DNA of 64,000 nucleotides, taken from IMG/VR virus record IMGVR_UViG_3300025138_000019; one strand, given 5' to 3'. Origin of the DNA: an uncultured virus (IMG/VR IMGVR_UViG_3300025138_000019). Taxonomy: Duplodnaviria > Heunggongvirae > Uroviricota > Caudoviricetes. The translations under genes and the position numbers were made by a program. Position 1 is the stretch's first letter; each line of letters opens with the position of its first letter. This document shows positions 47,531-57,336 of this stretch, piece after piece. Below the pieces are notes generated by a model. That model ran no database searches and was not told the origin of the DNA. It saw only the letters and a program-made list of their open reading frames with translations.

Positions 47531-48201
47531 CTGTTAGATTCCTCATATAGTTTATAGGCAGATAAATCCTTGTGGATTCCAGAAGACTCAAGATCTACAT
47601 TCACTTCATTTATATTATCAAAGAGAACCAAACCCCTTGCAGCTTGCTCTGGGGGCATATACATATTCCAACCGATTGTATCAAATGAATCATCTTTATA
47701 TAAACGATCCATGTGTCTTCCTTCATAACGAACTACCTTTAACCACTCATAAGCTTCCTTGTCGTCAGTCAGAATCATTCCACCTTTCCCTATGGGTACA
47801 TGCTTTCTGCGATGAAAGGAAAGGCAATAATAAGATCCGGGAACGTACATGTCCTTTGTCATTCTGGTGGCTGAATCATAAACTGGATATGGTTTTAGTG
47901 GATATGCACCACTCCATTCAATTTCATCAAACTTGACTGTACATCCGGCATGTATAACAGTGCATGGAACAGAAACATATGTTCTTCGTGGTAGTGTAAC
48001 TTCACCATCTGCTTTAAGATATTTCAAACACAAAAACATTGCGTCGGTACAACTGTCTACCGCGACGGCATATTTGCTTCCAGCATACTCTGCAATTGTT
48101 TTTTCAAATACATCTACCACACCCCAAGGATCCGAGCAGTTATATTTTTTCATAACAAAATCTAAAAGTTGTTCATCATATTTAAGTGGATCTACTAACA
48201 T
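47527..48201 (-). CDS. short DegT-like PLP-dependent aminotransferase
   Basis: FEKTIAEY...AVDSCTDA...LSFHRRKH...GKGGMIL. Confidence 0.8.
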   Translation of the reverse strand: MLVDPLKYDEQLLDFVMKKYNCSDPWGVVDVFEKTIAEYAGSKYAVAVDSCTDAMFLCLKYLKADGEVTLPRRTYVSVPCTVIHAGCTVKFDEIEWSGAYPLKPYPVYDSATRMTKDMYVPGSYYCLSFHRRKHVPIGKGGMILTDDKEAYEWLKVVRYEGRHMDRLYKDDSFDTIGWNMYMPPEQAARGLVLFDNINEVNVDLESSGIHKDLSAYKLYEESNR

Positions 48202-48905
48202 GCTGCTCCAAGTTTTGCATTTTCAATAGGATCATACATCGAAGGGGTATCTTTTCTGTTCATCTTGTTGTAATACCCACCGATTAAAAATCTCTGCTTA
48301 GTTGTGCAACTTTGTAATGGACAATCTTCATCATAAGCAAACCCCGGAACAACTCTGAAATCAAAACTGACTCTAGTGTGATCTGTGTCATTGGTTTTAT
48401 TTCCATGTCTACACTGATTTAGATATCCAATAAGAAACTCACCATACCCAAGCTCCAGAGGTTTCCAGTCACCCATACCCGGAATACTTTCATTCCACAT
48501 TGCATTGTTTCCAAAACACTTAGTCATAGGTAAAAATATGTTTACCTCACCAAGGGGATGTTTATGATCTTTATCACCATCAGAATGCCATTTATAAACA
48601 GCCTTCGCACCAGGTCTACAAAAACGAATACCCGGATATTTCTGGTAGATTAATTCATCATCCTCGAACATGGGATGGATAACTTCACGAAGAAATGATT
48701 CGTATGTTTTCTCAAACTCCGGCCATCCACCCTCTACATCTAATCTATCATAGAATGTTCTGTGGAATTGTGTCTTGGTATCATTACCAAGAGTTAGATT
48801 ATCTTTAGTATCGTCGTTGTCCAAGAGAGAAAGATCTTTTTCGTATAGACTAGAAACTAAATCTCTGAATGGATACTTTTTAGTATCGTACTTTACAATT
48901 TTCAT
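48195..48905 (-). CDS. StrG-like 2OG-Fe(II) oxygenase
   Basis: YQKYP...WHSDGD (HxD)...CRHGN...TRVSFDFR. Confidence 0.75.
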   Translation of the reverse strand: MKIVKYDTKKYPFRDLVSSLYEKDLSLLDNDDTKDNLTLGNDTKTQFHRTFYDRLDVEGGWPEFEKTYESFLREVIHPMFEDDELIYQKYPGIRFCRPGAKAVYKWHSDGDKDHKHPLGEVNIFLPMTKCFGNNAMWNESIPGMGDWKPLELGYGEFLIGYLNQCRHGNKTNDTDHTRVSFDFRVVPGFAYDEDCPLQSCTTKQRFLIGGYYNKMNRKDTPSMYDPIENAKLGAAC

Positions 48906-49909
48906 TATAGAATCTCCCTGATGTCTTCTTTCTCTAATTCATAAGACGAAATTGAACTACCACATTCTAACAAGTTTTCTCTAAAAAACACTAAAAATTT
49001 GTCATCTTTTTCTATCACTGAGTTCACCCTTTTGTCATACCTCCCGTTATGGGGGAAAGCATATCCTTTAATTTCCCAATCGAAACCATTATCAGATACA
49101 AGAAATAAAGTCTTTCCGTTTTTAGTTTGTCTTTGTTCGGTTCCACATGCCTCAAAGTAAGGCGCAAAAGCACAAATTTTATCCCCAAAAGGAAATACGA
49201 CTAAATTATAATAATTATTCTTTCCATCTACTACTGGTTCATTTGTAATATGTATCCGAGTCGGAGAACTCCAACCAAATAAATCAGTAGAAGTTGTAAA
49301 GAAAACTGCTCTTTCATCTAAAGATGGATTTAGTCTGGAATAAAAAAAGTACTGATCGCTTATCTTGATTGTGCTGGGTCTTGTATCATAACCAACTGAA
49401 CCAAAAGGAACACCATTACCATGCAGAAAACAATGAAGGACTGGCAGTGAATGAACCTCTTCCCAGTTCATTCCATTCTTAGACTTAAGTAAATACAAAC
49501 CATTTTTTCTATCTTTTCTGTGATGATCTGGATAACTTCTTTTTTTGGTTTCATTCCAAACCAAATCTGGAATATCGGCATCCCTATCTTCTCCTGTTGA
49601 TATATTACTACCACACAACATGTAGAGACAATCATCTTTTTTGATGATAGAAAATGATCCACCCGGACAATCTGTCACAACAACTTTAGGAGCATCCGCA
49701 ACACCAGGCGAGACAAATTCAAAGTCAGCTCCTGCCATCGCTAGTTTGACAACATCTTTATTATTCTCCACTCCCTTATAATACAAAGAGTATTGGTTTG
49801 TCCAATGTTCCACTACCTGAAAGTATTCACCAACGTGATGCTTAACAGAATCTTCGGGAGAAGATAAAGAGAAACAAGTTTTTTTGTTTTTAAAAACTAA
49901 TTCTTTCAT
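48905..49909 (-). CDS. beta-propeller glycoside hydrolase-like protein
   Basis: Repeated SKNGMNW, STDLFGW and SDNGFDW blade motifs. Confidence 0.55.
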   Translation of the reverse strand: MKELVFKNKKTCFSLSSPEDSVKHHVGEYFQVVEHWTNQYSLYYKGVENNKDVVKLAMAGADFEFVSPGVADAPKVVVTDCPGGSFSIIKKDDCLYMLCGSNISTGEDRDADIPDLVWNETKKRSYPDHHRKDRKNGLYLLKSKNGMNWEEVHSLPVLHCFLHGNGVPFGSVGYDTRPSTIKISDQYFFYSRLNPSLDERAVFFTTSTDLFGWSSPTRIHITNEPVVDGKNNYYNLVVFPFGDKICAFAPYFEACGTEQRQTKNGKTLFLVSDNGFDWEIKGYAFPHNGRYDKRVNSVIEKDDKFLVFFRENLLECGSSISSYELEKEDIREIL

Positions 49910-50742
49910 ATCAATTTCAAAATTGGATAATATTGATTGGGTTGATTTAGAAGATCTTTGAAGAACAATCCATTCCTAAAACTTGAATACCACTTTTCCT
50001 CTGAGTCTTTGAATTGGTTGACAAATTTTTCACTATGAATAATCTTTTTATGTTTACCGACAAAACCGGCAGCTAGAACAAAGGTACTAGATCCAGAAAT
50101 TAAAACATCACACTCAGAAAGAATACAAAAATCTTCGATGTGTGAAGCTGCTTTATGGTATACATGTAAGTTATTGTATTTAAGATAGTCCATTGTCTTT
50201 TGATAGCTTGGATAGTTTTCATCCGGATCATCAGTGCATACAAAAAATACAATATTCTTATCCTTATATTCGGACAAAATAAACTCTATAGCCTGTATAT
50301 AATATTCTGGTCCATGAATCTCCCTACCATTCATTCCATCAGCGCCTCTGGTATCTCCACCTCGTATATGGATACCAACAGCAAAAACTCTGGGATCTAT
50401 ATTATTTTCTTGATTGAATATAAAAAAGTGACGAGGATCCACGGCAGTTAGTCTGTGAAAAGGGCCGTGTAGAGACAATGTGTGAAGTTTCCAATCACCC
50501 TTAGAATATTTTTCTCTTAATCTATCTGTCGATAAATCACACAAATCATCAAAAGGAATTTCAGAATAATTACTTGTAAAACCAGTCTTAGTTGTAGGAC
50601 AAATCTTTTTCAAGTGACCATAACCATCCCAGTTGTCACAAGAAGGAGACTGATTTAGTAAGTTAGACAACTGCATCAGATTGTTAAAGTGGAAAATTTT
50701 ATTACCAAATCTTCCTCTAGTTTGTACGTCTATCGATAGCAT
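49906..50742 (-). CDS. GT11 (alpha-1,2-fucosyltransferase-like) glycosyltransferase
   Basis: GRFGNKIF, IHIRGGD, VCTDD, EDF...SSTF. Confidence 0.8.
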   Translation of the reverse strand: MLSIDVQTRGRFGNKIFHFNNLMQLSNLLNQSPSCDNWDGYGHLKKICPTTKTGFTSNYSEIPFDDLCDLSTDRLREKYSKGDWKLHTLSLHGPFHRLTAVDPRHFFIFNQENNIDPRVFAVGIHIRGGDTRGADGMNGREIHGPEYYIQAIEFILSEYKDKNIVFFVCTDDPDENYPSYQKTMDYLKYNNLHVYHKAASHIEDFCILSECDVLISGSSTFVLAAGFVGKHKKIIHSEKFVNQFKDSEEKWYSSFRNGLFFKDLLNQPNQYYPILKLI

Positions 50743-50745
50743 AAA

Positions 50746-51381
50746 TCACCTGTCATAAAAATATGTTGTAAGAGTATATCGATTGCCACTTTCAATTTCT
50801 TTTCCCCGATGAAGATATGTGGAGTCTACTAAAATACAAGTTCCTGCTTCACCTGTTATTTCTATAATATCATCATCAGAAATATTTTCTTTTACTATCT
50901 CTTCTGATATTCTTAGATTGGAAAATTTAGGAAGACCCTTGACAATATCCCTCGACTTTTGAGCGATAGTGAAAGGTCCATTATCAGAACCCACATCAGT
51001 AAGATACATGAAACTCTTGAACTGCTGATCGTCTTCACTGTCTACATGCCAACCACCACCAGAGTCTACCTTTTTCTTTGTATCAAATTTCACAATACCC
51101 GCGACTGTTCTGTCTGGATCGTTACAAGAGCTGTAGTTATCAGCGATTTCCATTATAAATGTATCTTCCTTAAATGAAGATGCAGTCGGGGAATGATCAT
51201 TAGATCTGGAACACCTAAGATCTCCGCCCTGTCCAGTTTCAAATAAGTGTGGAGGTAGAGAATTTAGTTCGTCAATAGCTGACTCGCAAGTTTCTCTGTC
51301 CCAGTAATTTTCTATAATAGAAAAACCATATTCGTTTAGCTCATCTAAGATTTCATCTTTTGTTTTTAATCCCACTTCCAT
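50746..51381 (-). CDS. PhyH-like 2OG-Fe(II) dioxygenase
   Basis: GWHVD, YLTDV..NGPF, GEAGT, LHRG, NRY. Confidence 0.82.
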   Translation of the reverse strand: MEVGLKTKDEILDELNEYGFSIIENYWDRETCESAIDELNSLPPHLFETGQGGDLRCSRSNDHSPTASSFKEDTFIMEIADNYSSCNDPDRTVAGIVKFDTKKKVDSGGGWHVDSEDDQQFKSFMYLTDVGSDNGPFTIAQKSRDIVKGLPKFSNLRISEEIVKENISDDDIIEITGEAGTCILVDSTYLHRGKEIESGNRYTLTTYFYDR

Positions 51382-52154
51382 GATGGATCTGTCCTTTCTA
51401 ATTTCAATGTGTTTTCTGAGTTAGCTGATCTATGATGGTTTATCGTAGAATTGTAATCAGATTTTTTTTGTTTCTTATCCCACTCCGCCCTATCTTTCCA
51501 ATTTTGTTCACTAGTAAAGTACTCGCTTATTTTTCCATAGTGAATTATAACTGGATTATTCATTACATCAACCGGCGATCCGGGAACATTGACTGGTTGA
51601 TTTGATGGTCTAACTCTATTTTGATTTGAGTCATACTTTAAAGTATAGTCAGGTATGTTTCGAACAAAAAAACCTTTTCTATACTTAGTGCTGAATGGAT
51701 CCCATTCTATCCTAGAAGCTCCAGCGTTATATGAATCTACTCTATAATGATCTTCATCAGTCCACAGGTGAACCCAAGGAAACGTCCATAGATTATTTTG
51801 TTCTTCGTGTCTAGATCCAAGCGAATTTATCCAATCGATAATATCAGGAGATGGCATTTCGTCTGCATCCAAAAAGAAAAAGTAATCTGGATCGTGCTTG
51901 TATGCTCTCTCCAATAATTCTTGTCTTTGAAGACCACCCTGACGATCGGCATAATCTCTTTCTGATCTTCTATAATACTCAACTGATGTATGTTCCGAAC
52001 AAACTTCTTGTGTGTTATCCATACTTCCGTCATCACTCACTATAATCTTATAGCAAAACTTACTGAGGTGAGGAAGTGTTTGTTTTAGTATCCAAGCAGA
52101 ATCTTTGGATGGTATACACGCAACAACTTTATTTTTCATGTGATAGAGTCCCAA
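51366..52154 (-). CDS. GT2 glycosyltransferase
   Basis: VSDDGSMD, FLDADE, IIHYG. Confidence 0.8.
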   Translation of the reverse strand: MGLYHMKNKVVACIPSKDSAWILKQTLPHLSKFCYKIIVSDDGSMDNTQEVCSEHTSVEYYRRSERDYADRQGGLQRQELLERAYKHDPDYFFFLDADEMPSPDIIDWINSLGSRHEEQNNLWTFPWVHLWTDEDHYRVDSYNAGASRIEWDPFSTKYRKGFFVRNIPDYTLKYDSNQNRVRPSNQPVNVPGSPVDVMNNPVIIHYGKISEYFTSEQNWKDRAEWDKKQKKSDYNSTINHHRSANSENTLKLERTDPSWKWD

Positions 52155-52804
52155 AACTCTGGACGATTTTCTGAATTAAGAATCTCTCTATTTACAACAA
52201 CATAACTAGCTAAACCAGAAACCATATCCGTCACAAACATCTCATGTGATGAGTCAAAGTTATCAGTCAACCAAGACTCAGCTTCAGACATATTGTCAAA
52301 CAATTCATACTTGTCAGTAAAATAGTTAGCACCACAGTTTGTGCCATGAAACTCTACACCGAAATGATCGCACTGCTTCAGTATGTCAACACACTCTTCG
52401 TTCATTACATGTCTTTCGCAACCCTCACAGTCAATTTTGAAAGCCCATGTTTTAGAGATATCCAAGTCATATTTTTCTAAAATATCAGGAAGAGAAATTG
52501 TTTCCGTCTTTCCGTCTGGGATCTGTATACTTTCTCCGGCACCAAGACCATAAGGAATAATGGTTAGATTTTCCAATCCAAGCTCATCTTTCTTTTTCAC
52601 TATCTCGTTATAATAAGGAAGGTCAGGTTCCAAAGCTATGATTTTAGTTTGCGGATTATTTTTTGCAATGTTGTGAACATGCCAAGGATGTTTTGTCCCA
52701 CGAGCGCCGATGTCTATGAAGAAATCAAAGTAGTTACTAGGATAGGTTTCTACTAAGTACTCACTCCATATGTTTTCAATCAATACTGGTTGAATATTCT
52801 TCAT
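52136..52804 (-). CDS. FkbM-family methyltransferase
   Basis: FIDIGA, ALEPD, KIDCEGCE, EFH. Confidence 0.8.
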   Translation of the reverse strand: MKNIQPVLIENIWSEYLVETYPSNYFDFFIDIGARGTKHPWHVHNIAKNNPQTKIIALEPDLPYYNEIVKKKDELGLENLTIIPYGLGAGESIQIPDGKTETISLPDILEKYDLDISKTWAFKIDCEGCERHVMNEECVDILKQCDHFGVEFHGTNCGANYFTDKYELFDNMSEAESWLTDNFDSSHEMFVTDMVSGLASYVVVNREILNSENRPEFWDSIT

Positions 52805-52810
52805 AATAAA

Positions 52811-53635
52811 TCACTTTCTCCCTGCAAATGAGGGCGCATAATGCTCATCACCTGTGTATTTAGGACGAGTGTGTCGGACTATTGACATGGGATTTGCAAC
52901 GTAGTTACACTTATCTCTAACTCTAAATGACCACTCCAAATCTTCACCTTGTCCCCACAGGAATCCTTCGTCTAGAGGATTTTGTTCCATAAACTTTTTC
53001 TTTGCAACCCAATAAGAACCTGAAATATACGCCCATTTGCCTGCATGTATATCTTCGTAAGGCATTGTTTTTCTTGTTCCATATTCTGGATGATCCCAAG
53101 AAACCCAGTCCCGGAAACGTTCACCCCAGAAATTTTCTATTCTGTTCATGCAAACGTCCCAATCGTTTCCAAATCTCAAAAAGTTACTATACCAGTCTTG
53201 ATCAAACATGTGGTAGTCATGCATAAAAACTACGTTTTCATATTTTGCATTTTGTGTTATCAAGTTCTTCTTCTTGGTGATCCAACCAGACAACACACCG
53301 GGCATTCTAACTCCGTCTTTGGTTGGGATTTTGGTTGTATGCTTCTGTCCATTTTTATCAATCAATGTTCTAGATTCTAAAAAAGGATTACCTTCTTTCT
53401 GAAGAATATCTAATACAACATTATCATCAAAGGGAACATGAACAACATCTGGTCTCTTGTGTAAGTGTAAGTGATTTCTGCCATCTTCTGGGAACGGTCC
53501 ACCAACAACTACAATTTCATAATTGGGTATTTTTAATTTTCGTATAGAATCAAAAATACAAAGCATGTTATCTCGCCAACCAAGACTGCTCTCATTTTCT
53601 TGAGCTGCGGTTATTATACCAAATGTAAAATCCAT
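52811..53635 (-). CDS. GT2-like glycosyltransferase
   Basis: FTFGII, WITKKKN, VFMHDY, ISGSYWVAK, GEDLEWS. Confidence 0.75.
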   Translation of the reverse strand: MDFTFGIITAAQENESSLGWRDNMLCIFDSIRKLKIPNYEIVVVGGPFPEDGRNHLHLHKRPDVVHVPFDDNVVLDILQKEGNPFLESRTLIDKNGQKHTTKIPTKDGVRMPGVLSGWITKKKNLITQNAKYENVVFMHDYHMFDQDWYSNFLRFGNDWDVCMNRIENFWGERFRDWVSWDHPEYGTRKTMPYEDIHAGKWAYISGSYWVAKKKFMEQNPLDEGFLWGQGEDLEWSFRVRDKCNYVANPMSIVRHTRPKYTGDEHYAPSFAGRK

Positions 53636-53641
53636 ATTTCC

Positions 53642-54328
53642 TCACAGTAGTTTTAAGTTTTGTAGCTTATCCCCTAGTTCATAGGGGCTATTTTCAAAGT
53701 CATAATCGGTCATCAATAAAAATTCTTTGTCTGGGAGACTAGTCATTTTATTTAAAATGTAGTCTATAGTTTTCTCCGGACCGCCATGTGTACTTTTCAT
53801 GACGGTTCCATCCGGTGAGTATGTGCCATTATTCCAAAGATAGTGTAGACTCGGGTTCGCTTCTTCTTTTTCGAAATAGTAATTTTTTTTACCTTTCTGA
53901 AAAAAGTCAAACCCAACCAAAGCTATCTTATTATATTCTTCGTTATCAACAAACAAAGAAAATGCTTGTATGCCACTAGAAGGACCCCATTCATCAAAAC
54001 CATATTTTTTAAAATCCTCGATAGTCTTGACACCAAAGTCATGATAATATTCCACACCTTGTGATGGACATATCTCTTTGACAGGAGGTTTCTCCCATCG
54101 GGAAGTATTAAAGATATGAGTTATTCCTAAGCCATCTAGAATATGTCTTTCGTATGGGTGGGGATCACCAGCGTTCAAAAAATGATAATTTGCTCTGTTT
54201 GAAATTAAGTGTTCATGTCCACTATAAGGCGGATGATTACATATGGCGACTTCATCAAAAGAGTCTATAAATTCTTTTGATGATCTCCTGACACTTGGAC
54301 CTTTACCTATTACAACAATCGATTTCAT
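53642..54328 (-). CDS. GT29-like (sialyltransferase-like) protein
   Basis: Sialylmotif-L-like IVVIGKGPS...FIDSFDEVAICN; sialylmotif-S-like PSSGI...LVGFDFF; distal His (STHG). Confidence 0.7.
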   Translation of the reverse strand: MKSIVVIGKGPSVRRSSKEFIDSFDEVAICNHPPYSGHEHLISNRANYHFLNAGDPHPYERHILDGLGITHIFNTSRWEKPPVKEICPSQGVEYYHDFGVKTIEDFKKYGFDEWGPSSGIQAFSLFVDNEEYNKIALVGFDFFQKGKKNYYFEKEEANPSLHYLWNNGTYSPDGTVMKSTHGGPEKTIDYILNKMTSLPDKEFLLMTDYDFENSPYELGDKLQNLKLL

Positions 54329-55041
54329 TTAATTTTACCCAAATATGTTCTAAGATCTTCTGGAGTTCCCAGTCCATGCATCGCATGAACAAAGAAAGGC
54401 ACTAATGTTTTTTTATCTTGAATCAGTTCATTATATACAGGAGCAATGTAGAATTCATTATTCACTCTGATGTTTTTAGAGATCATATCTTCTGCATACT
54501 TCACAAAGTCAGAACCGTTTCTGTACCAATAAATACCACACGTTGCTATATTAGATATAGGTTTCTTTTCAGCGACCTCTGTAACAAATCCTCTAGAATT
54601 TGTTTTAACAAAAGACCATTTTGGGTGAACAGATGTAAAGGTGAAAACCATAGAGTCAACGTCAGTCATATTTTTTATAAGATTGAAGTTTTGATTTTGA
54701 TATTCAATGAACTGATCTGAATTTGCAATCAACAAATCATCATCATTATCAATAAATTCTTTTGCTAAGAGAGCTGTACATGCAGCTCCCTCGGTTAAAC
54801 CATCAACCTCAACAATTGTTGTTCTACCATTTGTAATTTCATAAAGGGTTTCCTTGAGACCAGAGTATTCTTCTAGGTGTTGTTTTCTCACAAGGAAAAT
54901 ATAATCTGCATCGAAGTCTAAGTTTTCAACAACAGTTTGAATCATCGATTTACCATCAACATCAATCAGTGGTTTTGGGAAAGTATATCCTTCTTTAGCA
55001 AAACGACTTCCTTCACCCGCCATTGGTATTAAAATTTTCAT
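54325..55041 (-). CDS. sugar-phosphate nucleotidyltransferase-like protein
   Basis: LIPMAGEGSRF...PKPLI...TEGAACT...NSDQ...EKKPIS...LGTPEDL. Confidence 0.88.
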   Translation of the reverse strand: MKILIPMAGEGSRFAKEGYTFPKPLIDVDGKSMIQTVVENLDFDADYIFLVRKQHLEEYSGLKETLYEITNGRTTIVEVDGLTEGAACTALLAKEFIDNDDDLLIANSDQFIEYQNQNFNLIKNMTDVDSMVFTFTSVHPKWSFVKTNSRGFVTEVAEKKPISNIATCGIYWYRNGSDFVKYAEDMISKNIRVNNEFYIAPVYNELIQDKKTLVPFFVHAMHGLGTPEDLRTYLGKIK

Positions 55042-55678
55042 CGAGAAACTCCTTGAAATTTTTATAATTAACTTCTTTACAATTGTCTACCTTCCATATG
55101 TTTGGCACAACGGAGGTAGTAGCTGCTTCAAATCCTTTATCAGAATCCTCTACAATCAAAACATTCTTTGGATCAACCCCAAATTTTTCTACTGCCAGAT
55201 CATAACAATCAGGAGATGGTTTATTGTTTTTTACATCTTCATTTGTTATCAACAAGTCTATGAAATCATACTGTGAAGTTGACTTTAACATCGCTTCTGA
55301 TGTTTCTCTTATTGAATTTGTAACACAACCAATTTTAATTGAATTTTCTTTTAGAACATCATGCAAATAAATTTTATCATACGCAGGACAAGAATTTTTC
55401 TTTATTATCCCCAGAGTCAAGTCCTGTTTTGTTTTCCAAATCTTATTGGAAGTCTCATTATCTATACCCAACATTTCCAATTTAACTTTTGTCGGTAATC
55501 CATTATACTTCTTTTCGTGATCATGTCTACTAATTTCTATATCGACTGTATCTCTGAGTGCTTTATTTAAAGCAACAAAGTGCCAATCACAGGCATCAAC
55601 AAGAACTCCATCTAAATCAAAAAGTACTACTGAGATTTTACCAGGCAGTGTGAATTGATTTTGGTAGTATTTCGTCAT
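55013..55678 (-). CDS. HAD-family phosphatase
   Basis: FDLDGVLVD, VTNS, KPSPD, VEDS. Confidence 0.9.
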   Translation of the reverse strand: MTKYYQNQFTLPGKISVVLFDLDGVLVDACDWHFVALNKALRDTVDIEISRHDHEKKYNGLPTKVKLEMLGIDNETSNKIWKTKQDLTLGIIKKNSCPAYDKIYLHDVLKENSIKIGCVTNSIRETSEAMLKSTSQYDFIDLLITNEDVKNNKPSPDCYDLAVEKFGVDPKNVLIVEDSDKGFEAATTSVVPNIWKVDNCKEVNYKNFKEFLDENFNTNGG

Positions 55679-56429
55679 GCCAATCTAACTCTCTTATATT
55701 AAATTCTATATTGGGATCAAACGGATACTCTTTGTTTTCTATAACCTTTTCCAATAGATCAGCGTCTGCAAATTTTCTATACTGAGGGTGACTGTAGGTA
55801 TGCAATTTATATACCATGTCCTCTGGATGCATACACCAAGAGAAATGACAACCTGCTTTCATTGGTAAAATAGGACCGACATCTCTCCAATTGCATGGGT
55901 AGTTGTTTTTAAATACTTTATACTTAGCTGATATTGCAGATGTAAAATCTTTATTTTCCCAAAGATAATTCATCTTCCAAAAAAATTGATTCAAATTTAA
56001 ACGAACCAGATCATGTATAGCAGTTTCATTTATTATATGTTCATATGCCTGCTCGTAAATTATTTCATCCGCGTCTATTGAAATAATAATATCATCGTCT
56101 TCGAAATTAATCATTTTCATGAAGTGACTTCTCATGGCAGGTTCATTTATTCTATGAATATCATCTTCATTTTCATAAGCTTCCACTGTAGTTTCAGATA
56201 CATCACATGGAAGATATAGAATCTTGTCGCGAAGATTCTTCGGAAAATGTTCAATTAGATTTTCCTTTTCCCACAACAATTCATTTGGCATACCCGTGTG
56301 TGTTCTGTTGCACTCGCATATCACAAAGCGATCAATATGATCATATGACTCGATCAAATTCATCTGAAGAAATCTCATTTCGTGAGGTCTATAGAAATAA
56401 GTCTTTAAGTAGATCATTTTCCTAACCAA
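55638..56429 (-). CDS. GT17-like glycosyltransferase
   Basis: FVICECNRTHTG, SIDADEI, GCHFSW, KLHTYSH. Confidence 0.72.
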   Translation of the reverse strand: MVRKMIYLKTYFYRPHEMRFLQMNLIESYDHIDRFVICECNRTHTGMPNELLWEKENLIEHFPKNLRDKILYLPCDVSETTVEAYENEDDIHRINEPAMRSHFMKMINFEDDDIIISIDADEIIYEQAYEHIINETAIHDLVRLNLNQFFWKMNYLWENKDFTSAISAKYKVFKNNYPCNWRDVGPILPMKAGCHFSWCMHPEDMVYKLHTYSHPQYRKFADADLLEKVIENKEYPFDPNIEFNIRELDWHDEILPKSIHTAW

Positions 56430-57328
56430 TCTTCCAATCTTATCTTAGCTTTCCAATTAAGAATTTGTTCTGCTTTAGAGCAATCAGAAAGAGTATCACG
56501 AGCTTCTCCCGGTCTTCGTCCAATGTAGACATAATCTTCAAACTCTTTCGGAGAATCACCCTTACCAATCATCTTAACAAGATCCATGACACTCAAATTC
56601 TCTCCATAACCAATATTAAAAATTTGACCCAAAGCAGCACCATTATATGTTCTAGAAGCAAGAATATTAGCTTCTACCACATCAGATACATGAGTATAGT
56701 CTCTAGTTTGAAGTCCATCGCCAACGACTGTCATTGGAATACCAGCATCAACTTGGCGCTGGAAGATACCAACCACAGGTGCGTACTGCCCCTTCAATGG
56801 CTGATTCTCTCCATATACATTAAAGTATCTGAAGATCACTGTCTCGAAACCAAATAACTTAGTATACATCTCACACAACTCTTCACCACAAACTTTGGTC
56901 ACTGAGTATGGATTCAGACAATCTTTTGGCATTGTCTCTACCAAAGGAGGGGTGTTTGACAAACCGTATGCAGATGATGTAGAAGAATAAACTAATCGTC
57001 TTACTCCGTTTTCCTTTGCTGCTTGCAGAACACAACTTGTTCCATATACATTTGTTTTAGCAGCGGTGGTTGGATTGTTTATACAGATTTGAATTCTAGC
57101 TTGTGCTGCAATATGAAAGACAGTATCGACATCCTCGAACAGAGGAAAAATTTTATCATATTCACAAATGTCATACTTGTAATTTTCTGCTTCTTCGTTC
57201 CAGTAAAAATTATCATGACAGTCAGATGATTCATTGTCTATTACAACAACTTCATGACCTTCGTCAATCAATCTATTTACTAAATTACTTCCAATAAAAC
57301 CGGCGCCGCCAGTTACAAGATATCGCAT
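56414..57328 (-). CDS. NAD-dependent sugar epimerase/dehydratase
   Basis: TGGAGFIGS, SSTSSAYG, YSVTK, RYFNVYG, GDGLQTRD. Confidence 0.95.
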   Translation of the reverse strand: MRYLVTGGAGFIGSNLVNRLIDEGHEVVVIDNESSDCHDNFYWNEEAENYKYDICEYDKIFPLFEDVDTVFHIAAQARIQICINNPTTAAKTNVYGTSCVLQAAKENGVRRLVYSSTSSAYGLSNTPPLVETMPKDCLNPYSVTKVCGEELCEMYTKLFGFETVIFRYFNVYGENQPLKGQYAPVVGIFQRQVDAGIPMTVVGDGLQTRDYTHVSDVVEANILASRTYNGAALGQIFNIGYGENLSVMDLVKMIGKGDSPKEFEDYVYIGRRPGEARDTLSDCSKAEQILNWKAKIRLEDWLGK

Positions 57329-57336
57329 AATCGCTC

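Noticed and set aside
48195..51381. 2OG-Fe(II) oxygenases as TET/JBP DNA-hypermodification enzymes
   Set aside because: Motifs fit StrG-like and PhyH-like families, and no DNA methylase or hydroxymethylase is adjacent; not fully excluded without nucleoside analysis
53276..53287. GGTTGGATCACC (minus strand), another 16S-tail-like 12-mer
   Set aside because: It lies within a coding sequence (GWIT in the WITKKKN motif), so it is explained by protein constraint; it also shows that shorter matches can arise by chance
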